A stretch of DNA of 63,857 bases, filler included, from Phoronis australis (lineage: Eukaryota > Animalia > Phoronida), in the NCBI GenBank assembly GCA_002633005.1. It is 8 parts of 8 records of this genome, joined end to end, with 100 filler letters (N's around TTAATTAATTAA, not from the genome) between each part and the next. Parts side by side here need not be neighbours in the genome. Positions count along the whole stretch, not along the records: positions 11,718 to 19,909 come from NMRA01001924.1; positions 20,010 to 47,511 come from NMRA01000673.1; 6 more parts are not named here. The stretch is one strand, 5' to 3'. Both the position numbers and the translations under genes were made by a program. Position 1 is the first letter of the stretch, and every line of letters begins with the position of its first letter. The notes beneath the pieces are model-generated. The model was given only the letters and a program-made list of their open reading frames with translations. It ran no database searches and was not told where the DNA came from. Shown here one piece after another: positions 12,721-22,327 of the stretch.

Positions 12721-13829
12721 ATCACTCGACTGTAACAACTTCACAATTGCTGTACACCTCTGGTGAACAGTGGAGGATTGCATGGTGAAGAAAGGCCACA
12801 ATATTAGTGGCACTTATACAACCCAAACTGAACATGAGAGAAGTCAAAATCAGTTATGATCCTGAAACTTAAAAAATAGTCACGAATTTTGTAATGTGAT
12901 GCCTTTCATCCCACTCCAGTTACCGTGGTGCAGGATGCTGGAAAACTGAAGGAGCCTAAAGAAAATGAATCCATCCATTAATTACAATTAGAAATGTTGA
13001 AAAAGGACTTGATGGACAGAAGGTCGGTTGGTCGGCAGCCGAGCTGTGGAGGAAAATTGTTGAAGCTGGTGGTTATTAGATATCCACTCAGAATTTGTTT
13101 GTAAATTTTGTTTGTGAAGTGGCTGTGCAACCCTAGTGAGCTATAAGGTTTAACCGTGTCTGTTGCAGTGGTTATCTAATGGTGAAAAAGCAATTTGTCC
13201 TTACTTTGNAAAATTGACTGTCAGTGCCTAGTACCTACTCTATGACTGGAGCAAGTAACATACAAACTACTGACAACAAACCTTTGAACACTCAGTTGCG
13301 TAAAAAATCTCCAATTTGGAACAATTTCTAAATTTTGGGAGACTGAAAATAACGCAAAAAATGAATTTGCTTGATTCTAAAGATTGGGATATGCGTAGTT
13401 TTAGCCTGGTGACATGTCTTTTTAATAAAATGTCCAAAATAGCTGCCAATACAACACTTCTAAGAGTCTCCATGCGTCAAAACATCAAGGCAAAGGAAAT
13501 AATAAATTTTCAAAGTCCCAACCGGGAAATGGGTTACTAAACTTATTACAATGGTAATTAAAAATGACTTTTCACTTTTGCAAATAGGAGAATTTTTACC
13601 TAGCATAGCACCTGGAATTCAGTTCTTACATACAGTGAACTTTCACTACCAGATCTAAAGTGAACGTCAATAGAATTCACAATGGTATATCGAACCCTCG
13701 CAGTAACAGCTGCTTGTTTTTTGAGCATTGCTTCATATTACNAAATTAAAGTCCCAACAACCGGGAAATGGGTTACTAAACTTATTACAATGGTAATTAA
13801 AAATGATTTTTCACTTTTTCAAATAGGAG

Positions 13830-14440
13830 AATTTTTACCTTGCATAGCACCTGGAATTCAGTTCTTACATACAGTGAACTTTCACTACCAGATCTAAAGT
13901 GAACAATAGAATTCACAATGGTATATCGAACCCTCGGCTTTAACAGCTGCTTGTTTTTTGAGCATTGCTTCATCATATTACTTGGTTTCTAACAACCCAC
14001 AACATGCAGTAAAATCTCACCAATAATGGACACAGTATGGTGTACCAGTGTATTTGTTTTCCTTTTTTCATAACGGAAGAGTCAAGGGCTTAATTCATCA
14101 TTTTTGGTGTTCTGTACCAAAGCTACCATCAGGCAATTTTTAAGAAATTGTCGGCAATCACATCACATGAACTAGTAGTAGCCATTTTTCAATGCAATGG
14201 CAACATCGTGGAACAAGACTTGTAGCTAGATTGCCATAATATAGTCAATAAACTTTTCATTAATTCTTGGCTACCATAACTTTTGTTATCAAACTGCCAC
14301 TGGTGTGCAGTTGGACATTCTTGCAAACCAGAACTAGAAATTGGTGAGACCTTAACATGAACAGACATTTGGAATGTTACAAGCAAGGTAATGTAATGCA
14401 AACTGCATAATTGCCAACATTCAAAAAATGAAAACAAAAA
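13830..14440 (-). pseudogene. Decayed Cys-rich ORF of unknown family, paralogue A
   Basis: Broken frame ..PRCCHCIEK..SCDDCRQFLK/LPDGSFGTEHQ..IHWYTILCPLLVRFYCM aligns by eye with paralogue B. Confidence 0.4.
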
Positions 14441-14999
14441 GAGACATATGGATCTAGGGTACTAAATGAAGAAAATGCTATAGAAAAACTTACATTATGT
14501 CTAAAGCAAGTTTTTTAGTTGATGACGTCAAACGGTTTGTTTGAAAAGCACAAAAATACGCAACCGCGCATTAACACAATGGCATGACCAAGTGCGCATA
14601 TGTCAAAAAGCAGGATTATACCTTTTGATGCAGTGACACGACACAAGACTGCAGAATCAAAAAGCGGGACGGTCAAAATTTGCACAGTTGGCAATTATGG
14701 AACTATAGTAAACCAGGACCATTAACGGGACATTATGGGCAAGAAAAGTGATATTCTGATATCACCCTCAGATCAAAATCAACAAATTTTGTTGTTCTAT
14801 AGAATCTGGTCAACACTCATAACTTCAGGACATCTGGTCCAAACAAAAATTTCAAAAATGCATAACGTGATGCAATAAAACCGATGATGTCCCCTTAATG
14901 TAACACTATTCGACTGTACAGTGTAATAACATAACTATAGATAAATAAGCATCTTCTCAATCATATATATATATATATATATACGCATGCATAGATATA

Positions 15000-15801
15000 C
15001 TGTATATTATATATTATAAATAAACTATTAATTAAGCAGAACGGTCCCAGATTACAGAGACACTTGCTAGCAAAGTTTGCCATGCCATTCAGGCTGTAAC
15101 GTCGACGGCAGAAAGTTGAACAAACGTGAGAAGAATCCGTGAATGCAATAGTTCCCAACACCAACTCACAAAGGGAGCCGATATAACAATGCGTTTTTTT
15201 AACTCCAGGATAAATGAGCTTTCCATCTGGCACAACGTGAGGAGAATCCGTGAATGCAATAGTTCCCGACACCAACTCACAAAGGGAGCCGATATAACAA
15301 TGCGTTTTTTTAACTTCAGGATAAATGTGCTTTCCATCTGGCACCGTTCTAATATGATAAAATCTCACCAAATTAGGACACACTATACCAGACATGTGAA
15401 TTTTTTCTCAAATTTCCTACGAAAGACATGTTGTACCAAATTTTTGTCCTTTCGTGTTGAAATTCAATAACATAGCTATCTTCAGACAACAGTTTGAAAA
15501 AATGTGAACATTCACGGCAATGTTTGAAGCATTTAAAAAACAAAAAGGTAATTTTGGCAATGGGTGAGATTTTACCATATCTTAAGCAGCATTTCGTCCT
15601 GTTCAGCCAGCTAAAAAACGAAATTAAGTGAAGCCTTTTTACTCTTACAAAATCAGCGTCAAAGATGTTCACACCATGGCAGGATTTGTATTGTGTTACA
15701 AAGAAAAACATAAACATACCAACCCTTAAAAGTGAAGAAAAGCATTGATAAATTGGCAATTTAATTGAGTTGGCCAAACTTGAAATTCGAAATTGGTGCA
15801 C
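15000..15801 (-). pseudogene. Decayed Cys-rich ORF of unknown family, paralogue B, with an internal 111-bp in-frame duplication
   Basis: Two overlapping ORFs (15373-15801 and 14961-15395) join by a frameshift: ..TKCCLRYGK..HCRECSHFFKLLSEDSYVIEFQH..HVWYS/IVCPNLVRFYHI..CSTFCRRRY..KCLC. The duplication spans about 15124-15343. Confidence 0.45.
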
Positions 15802-16186
15802 AGGTAATTGCTTTAAAAAACAGGTTAGTCATATGACAACAATGACAATTTCTCTTGAATAAATCGCAGATCAGGTGCTTTGACTATGAGTCAACAAATC
15901 AAAATGTTTTGTGACAGCTTACAAACAGGATGAAATGCAGCTTTTTAAATTTCATAATATTTTGAACATATATACATGATATAACTTTTCATAACTTTTT
16001 TCAACTTTTTTTGTTTTTTTTATATTTTTTTGTTTTTTTTTTTGTTTTTTTATATATTTTTTATTTTTATTTTTATTTTTCATATTTTATATTTTTAATA
16101 CTTTTTAAGTATACAACTCAACCAAATTGAAAAGGAACTTCATGATTTTCATTCACACAAACATACACACACACTTTCACACATGT

Positions 16187-16725
16187 AGTCAAAATGGTAT
16201 GGTCTAAAGATCCGTCGGCCTGAGGTCTCTTAGGTCAATGAACGTCAAAAAAAGAGTCAAAATGGTATGCTCTAAAGGTACGTCCGCCTGAGGTCTCTTA
16301 GGTAAGTGAACGTCAAAAAAAGAGTCAAAATTGTATGGTCTAAAGATCTATCCGCCTGAGGTCTCATAGGCAAGTGAACGTCAAAAAAAAGTCAAAATGG
16401 TATGGTCTAAAGATCCGTCAGCCTGAGGTCTCTTAGGTAAGTGAATGTCAAAAAAAGAGTCAAAATGGTATGGTCTAAAAATCCGTACGCCTGAGGTCTC
16501 TTAGGTAAGTGAACGTCAAAGAGTCAAAATGGTATGGTCTAAAGACCCGTCAGCCTGAGGTCTCTTAGGTAAGTGAACGTCAAAAGAGTCAAAATGGTAT
16601 GGTCTAAAGATCTGTACGCCTGAGGTCTCTTAGGCAAGTGAACGTCAAAAAAAATTCAAAATGGTATGGTCTAAAGATCCGTACGCCTGAGGTCTCTTAG
16701 GTAAATGAACATCAAAAAGTCAAAC
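16187..16725. repeat. Tandem repeat of about 63-68 bp, 8 copies (AGTCAAAATGGTATGGTCTAAAGATCCGT..GCCTGAGGTCTCTTAGGTAAGTGAACGTCAAAAAAAG)
   Basis: Read directly; length variation lies in the A-tract. Confidence 0.95.
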
Positions 16726-17594
16726 CTATGGTCATCACATCAAAAATTTGCAAGATTTTGGAAACTTCAAAAATTGTGCACTCTTACCAGATGTGCATCT
16801 GTTTACCCAGCTGAAATGGAAAATTAATTCAGTGCTCCTTCCCCCAAGACTGTGTTTCCCAGATTTGCAATGAGTAAAGACCAAAATACAAAACATCGAA
16901 ATTTAGAAGAAAATCAACAATAAATTAAACTGTATCAAACCCAATTTAGAAAAATATTATATAAAAATGAAGGTGTATCTGGAGATGTAATTTTAGCCAA
17001 TAATGGTGGACCAAATTTTTAATAGATTAACGGTCTTGCAAGGTCACAATAAAAAGGTCAAATAGGTCACAATCGTCAGATGGTCAACAATGCAGTCCAG
17101 TAAACATGCACAAACAACACTAAGTACAAGAGCAGTATCACAAAGGAACCAAAAGAAAATTAACAGAGATCGCAAATTAACTAAAGGTCCACATACAATA
17201 CTCATCCAGATTAATGGTCAGGCTACATATTTTAACTAATTGAGAATACCAAAAAAAGGGGTTGATGTTAAGGTTGTAAGCCCAAAGAAAATGTGCAAGT
17301 TTGTCAAAGTTCGGAATATTATACCTCAGACGTGACTGATCAGATTAATGCAAAAAGGTAAACGAGTTGAGTATGTTTTGGGAGATAAAACTATCATGAG
17401 ATGGGTGTTCATTAAGGCACAAAATTAATGTATAATTTGGAGCAGGGTGGTAAGCTGAGTACAGGAACTAAAAATGGAAATTTGTAAATTTTCTGAGGTG
17501 TGCACCTAAAGATGAGCATTAAACTGGATGAGTAACATACTGCTGATGTTAAAGTACTCAAGGTAGTGTTGATCTGTACTGTGGTCTGGCTTGG

Positions 17595-17690
17595 GATGGT
17601 CGGGTCGTCCGTGGCAAGCTGGGATGGTCAGGTGGTCCGTGGCAAGCTGGGATGGTCAGGTGGTCCGTGGCAACCTGGGATGGTCATCAG
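17595..17690. repeat. 28-bp tandem repeat (GGGATGGTCAGGTGGTCCGTGGCAAGCT), about 3 copies, overlapping the last exon of the small gene
   Basis: Read directly. Confidence 0.9.
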
Positions 17691-17705
17691 ATGGCAATAG
17701 CAGGC
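17656..17705 (-). CDS. Small Pro/Arg-rich gene, last coding exon (G)LLLPSDDHPRLPRTT*
   Basis: ctttctttag acceptor; phase 1 matches the preceding exon; TGA at 17656-17658. Confidence 0.5.
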
Positions 17706-18456
17706 CTAAAGAAAGAAAGTCACAAACTGCTAAAGCTTAACTGCACCAGTGTAAAGGAACCGAATGTCTCCTTGAATTCAGTGTTCATCTGAATTCAGTC
17801 AAAAATTAGAAAGTAACAGGTTCGCACAGTACTAGGCAGAAGAAATCAGTCAAAATAATTCCCCTCCATTCATGTTCTTAAGGGAAAGTGGCTGCTCTGA
17901 CAGTGAATTCCTATTTGTCCAGCCGCCATGATAGGGAATTATGGGTCATTTTGCCAGATTACTTCTGGCATAAATTGTACACTGAAGTTCATGATACCAC
18001 GTGGCTGTCAGAAGTTTTATCAGATGAACCAGAAACTTGGACTCAAGACAAAAATTTGGTCTATGGCTGAAAAAGGGTTCAGGAAGGTAAGTCTGCATGT
18101 ATCAGTCTAAAAATAATTGAGGGAAATTACTTCAATGTACAAATTCTCAGAGATTTTTGAACAAGTGAGATTTAATCGATTTTAAAAAAAGTTGTGTAGA
18201 GTCAGTGCAGGATCAGATTTTAAGTCATTCTTCATGATACTGAACCCAGAAAGCAATAAGCCATAAAAATGAAGTTATAGTCAAGTTACCATACGTAAAA
18301 CCTATATGGCCTACACTAGTCTTTATTTTCAAGGAATGTATGAAGGTTAAGATGAACAATCTAATCATAAGACTAAACTTAAAACACAAAATTCAAGACA
18401 TTTTCAAACAATTGGTTAACAAAATTATCACCTAACGTACACAACACTAACTTTAC

Positions 18457-18589
18457 CTAGCCGTAGCTCTTCTATCAACCGCCTCGGGCGTCTCCTGATC
18501 CTGGAACTCCGTCTGAGGGGTGGTGGTGGTAGCGGAGGAGCAGATGGTAGCTCTGGAGGTGACGACGGTTGACAGGCAGATGGGAGATC
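18457..18589 (-). CDS. Small Pro/Arg-rich gene, middle exon DLPSACQPSSPPELPSAPPLPPPPLRRSSRIRRRPRRLIEELRL
   Basis: ttttcccatccag acceptor, gtaaag donor, 133 nt, phase 0 to 1; GC-rich island in AT-rich DNA. Confidence 0.65.
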
Positions 18590-19032
18590 CTGGATGGGAA
18601 AAGCAAGAATGTATTCAGTCTATTTACAGACACCAGAGACATGTCTACTCTTAATATATACAAGGGGAAATGCTTATATTTCCTATTTACACTCCTGCAG
18701 CTAATTAAAAGAGACCAAGAAAACTAAGAAATTTATCGAAGCTAAAACGATGCACTACTGCACAACTGTTCAGGCATTGTTTCAATTTTCATATTTTCTC
18801 AGATGGATTGTTTCTAAGTTTCTAACAAACTTTTGATATCTGTGAATGGTTCAGTGTTTTAACTTCAAAAACTGAACAATCATATCAATTTATTATGAAA
18901 TAAAACTTTACTGGTTACGTGATGCTTTCACTTCAATAACCGGTTTGGTTACCATTACGTGGCATACATATGATGTCATATAACAACAAGCCAGAGTTCA
19001 CGGGAAGAATATTGCCGAGATGAAGGTATAAA

Positions 19033-19177
19033 TAGGTTATCCTAAATACATAGGAATACTACTGCGACATCCTATCTCGAATTCATTTCATCCTTCGGTG
19101 TCGTTGGGACATTCCCAACTGAAATCAATTCTCGATAGGATACGGCAGTAGTATTCCTATCTATGTGGGATAACCTA
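19033..19177. mobile_element. Palindromic MITE (about 145-bp hairpin) bounded by TA
   Basis: TAGGTTATCCTAAATACATAGGAATACTACTGC pairs with GCAGTAGTATTCCTATCTATGTGGGATAACCTA; the inner arms also pair. Confidence 0.85.
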
Positions 19178-19392
19178 CATTTCTAATCATGCAGCTTGAA
19201 ATGCAAGCAATGAGGAAGTCAGCATAAGGCCAAACAATAACTCTTGAATACATGCAACTACCTTGCTCCAGCCAAATTTCAAGATAAACATACAGAGTAT
19301 TCAGTAGCTTAGAATTGTCATATAATTTCAAGGACTACGCCTGCTGTAGAACAAAATCACAAATCTCGGAATCAACTGAGATTTTCACTTAC

Positions 19393-19530
19393 TATCAGCT
19401 GTTTCGGATAGGTAAGCGAAGGATGGTCAGTGATGAGGTCGACAGGTTGAAGGTGGTAATTCTCTATCGGTGGACATCCCTTAATCTCAAGAGTGTTGCA
19501 TTCCATCCTTCGAACTTCTCTCCATCGTGG
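19393..19530 (-). CDS. Small Pro/Arg-rich gene, upstream exon PRWREVRRMECNTLEIKGCPPIENYHLQPVDLITDHPSLTYPKQLI
   Basis: ttttgtttcag acceptor, gtaagt donor, 138 nt. The only open frame ends in phase 0, matching the next exon. Confidence 0.55.
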
Positions 19531-20339
19531 CTGAAACAAAAATGTATGTAGAACTATAAAAACCACCGCTTTAAGTATTTTTCAAAGAACTCTTAGTCTA
19601 TTTGAGGCAATGTCTGCAAGCAACAAGAACTCCTTGGATTTAGAAGTAAACTTAAAAAACAATGAACACAAAAATAACAAAAATGGCCACCACTTAACGC
19701 AGAAAACGTCAAATCTGTCCGAAAAAAGGGTTGTCTTCTTATTAGAAACAAATTTGCAAAATTTCATGGAAATGCAATAATATACTCCAAAGACACAATC
19801 AAACATGTGGACCAGAGTGGTATTTGGATCTGAGTTCGACAGAAATGCATCTTTCAAATTTCACGAAGCTCCATCAAAGAGTTAAGGATTTAGCCGCAGA
19901 TGCAAAAAANNNNNNNNNNNNNNNNNNNNNNNNNNNNNNNNNNNNNNNNNNNNTTAATTAATTAANNNNNNNNNNNNNNNNNNNNNNNNNNNNNNNNNNN
20001 NNNNNNNNNGAATCACACAATTTATAATTGATATGAAAAACATAAGGTAAAGTTAACGTTTGTGTTAGAGATAGTACTTTGGACGAGAAACTGGCAACCC
20101 ATGGTTAAATTTACATGCACTTTCCCCAAGCAGGGTGGAAGTAATACAGCGAAACTATTATCAACAAACCTGCCAAACTTCCTCAAGTATACATTCAGCT
20201 ACATATACTGTACATGTAATTCTGCTCAACACATTCTTACTCTTCTTGAGTAAAACTAAATTATTTACCCGGGTGTTGGAAAATTGGCGTTCTTCAGTTA
20301 TTCAGCTGCTAAAATTAATTGTCATGCGCTCTTTAGGTG

Positions 20340-20490
20340 CCATTACGTCACCTATTGGCCAATTCCCATGTTCTTAAATCAACTGTGAGGTTCATGTCAT
20401 CACAATCGGAAGTAGTGTCATTTCGTAACAACCAAATTTCAGAACAAACCCTCGAGAGATAACGCAAAATTTTTGGAAATGGCGAGTACG
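20340..20490 (+). promoter_or_regulatory. Promoter-like motif cluster
   Basis: TTACGTCA (CRE-like), ATTGGCCAAT (paired CCAAT), CGGAAGT (ETS-like) and AAATGGCG (YY1-like) within about 150 bp, followed by a CpG-rich stretch. Confidence 0.4.
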
Positions 20491-21803
20491 TGCGCGTGTC
20501 ACGACCATACACTTTTTCAAAACGACGTCAGATTCTCCTTAGTTACGAGGCGGAGGGCCGTAACGGGCAAGGTGAATGTCGGTTCCCAGATTCTGCATGC
20601 ACTCCTGCAGGTTGTTAGCTCTAAGTTTCATGAGGAGGTGACGAGCTGAGCACCCGAGTTGTGCGAAATTTCGGTGTGTAACGGAGCTCTAGACACGGCT
20701 ACCTACATGTAGCTGAAGTATGTACATTTATGATGCAACTTTTGTAACTATAGGCCTACATCTATATACTTTGAACATGGCCTCTTCAAGAAGTATTTTC
20801 CGTCTCTTGCGATGAACACTGCAGCTGTAGCTATTTCCCCTCGGCGTTTTCCACTAGCTACTATACATGTACACCTGTATCTAGTTCTTATTTAAAGTAT
20901 TTGAATACTATGATCTACTAGTTATGGCTTTGCGTCGGAGCGTGAATGTGCAGTTGAGCATGTAGACGATTTCAAATGTTCCACATAATCAATTCGTATG
21001 AAAATCAAACATTGGGAATTCGCAAATCCCAATACATAAGCAGTAATAATGCATGCAGTTATGGTCCTAGGTTTTCAGTCAGAACGCATGCGCATCTCCC
21101 AATTCAACAATTAAATGTACCTGTATGTTTTGTTCGTCTGAGAAATTAAAACCCCAAAAAGTAAAAAAGTAGCGCAGTGGAACTACCTAAATTGCTTGTT
21201 ACCCGAACAATACGGCACTGACACGATGGCATCACTTCAATTCTAAAAACGAACGAGTGACCACCCTGTACACAGGCGTGAGATCGGGTGAGCGGTGTTT
21301 GCGCAGTCGCATATCTGTCATTTTGTTCAGGAGGTTCTGAAAATGGGTAGCCAGACGGAGTGCTCGAGATTTATCCACAGCAAAGTACAGTTCATGTAAG
21401 CAACAGAGTAGAGGTGCGGATTCCCTTGACCCTTTTCAGTTCCGCGCCTTTTGTTCACCATGGCAGGATTTTCCAACTCTTAAACAACCTCGGAATAATC
21501 CGACAAAGTGTTTGGTGGTCCATGAGCCATGGTTGTCGGTCGATGACCCCTGTTCGTGAGTCCTTGCACTGAGCATATCGGGTGCTTGAGGCGTGTTTAC
21601 AGACGGCCACAATTTGATAATGATGGGCAATCGTACCAAAGTCGATGGTTTCTACACAAGTCTACTTTCAGAACCTAGACGCCCTGAATGATAGTTGGGG
21701 TTAGAAATAGTTTCATGTTATCTTTCGAAACATGTTGTTTGTTGTAGGGAAATGGGGTTTAAGAAATACTGTATTTTCCTTTAAAATGTCCATAAATACT
21801 TAC

Positions 21804-21883
21804 ACGCCATCAAACGTCTTCATGTGTGGGTCGTTAGTACTTCTACACACGGCAACGTCTTCGTCTTTGTCCTTTACGAGAAT
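21804..21883 (-). CDS. VWDE-like gene, exon starting the VWD domain: ILVKDKDEDVAVCRSTNDPHMKTFDG
   Basis: C-x3-(G/N)DPH-x2-TFDG is the VWD N-terminal signature; catag acceptor, gtaagt donor. Confidence 0.9.
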
Positions 21884-22186
21884 CTATGAGTAGGAACGAA
21901 TAGAAACTCATCCGAAGCGATCTCCCTCACCAGACAAAAGACCTCTCTCACCAGACAAACACATTCAAAAGTTTACATAACACGAATGTGGTTTTTAAGT
22001 ACATTCGTGTTCAGTGTAATAGCAATCACAATTACTTATCAACATTATGGAAAATGAGCTTCATTATAGGTATGTGCACAGTGCACGCTTTATTTACATT
22101 TTAAAAAGTTAGTTCCTATACTACGTCTTGATTCCAAGGCTGAGCTGAAGTCTCGATATTTCGTTAACTTTATCTAACCAGGCGTG

Positions 22187-22327
22187 CGTTCAGTAGACGC
22201 TAGGACCTACGCTAGGACCTAGCTAAAATCTAGTCAAAGTCACGTGTTCTCATTTAAAATACACGGCAATATCTTACGTAATCTCGCGAAGACTTGCTTT
22301 TTAGCGAGGTCCTAGCGTTACTGAACG
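22187..22327. mobile_element. Short MITE with inverted arms
   Basis: CGTTCAGTAGACGCTAGGACCT...GCTAAAA pairs with TTTTAGCGAGGTCCTAGCGTTACTGAACG. Confidence 0.75.

Noticed and set aside
13510-13975. ~230-bp direct duplication around a single n at 13742
   Set aside because: Most likely an uncollapsed haplotype overlap at a contig join.
16187-16725. CRISPR-like appearance of regularly spaced repeats
   Set aside because: Units repeat in full with no unique spacers, no cas genes, and the context is eukaryotic.
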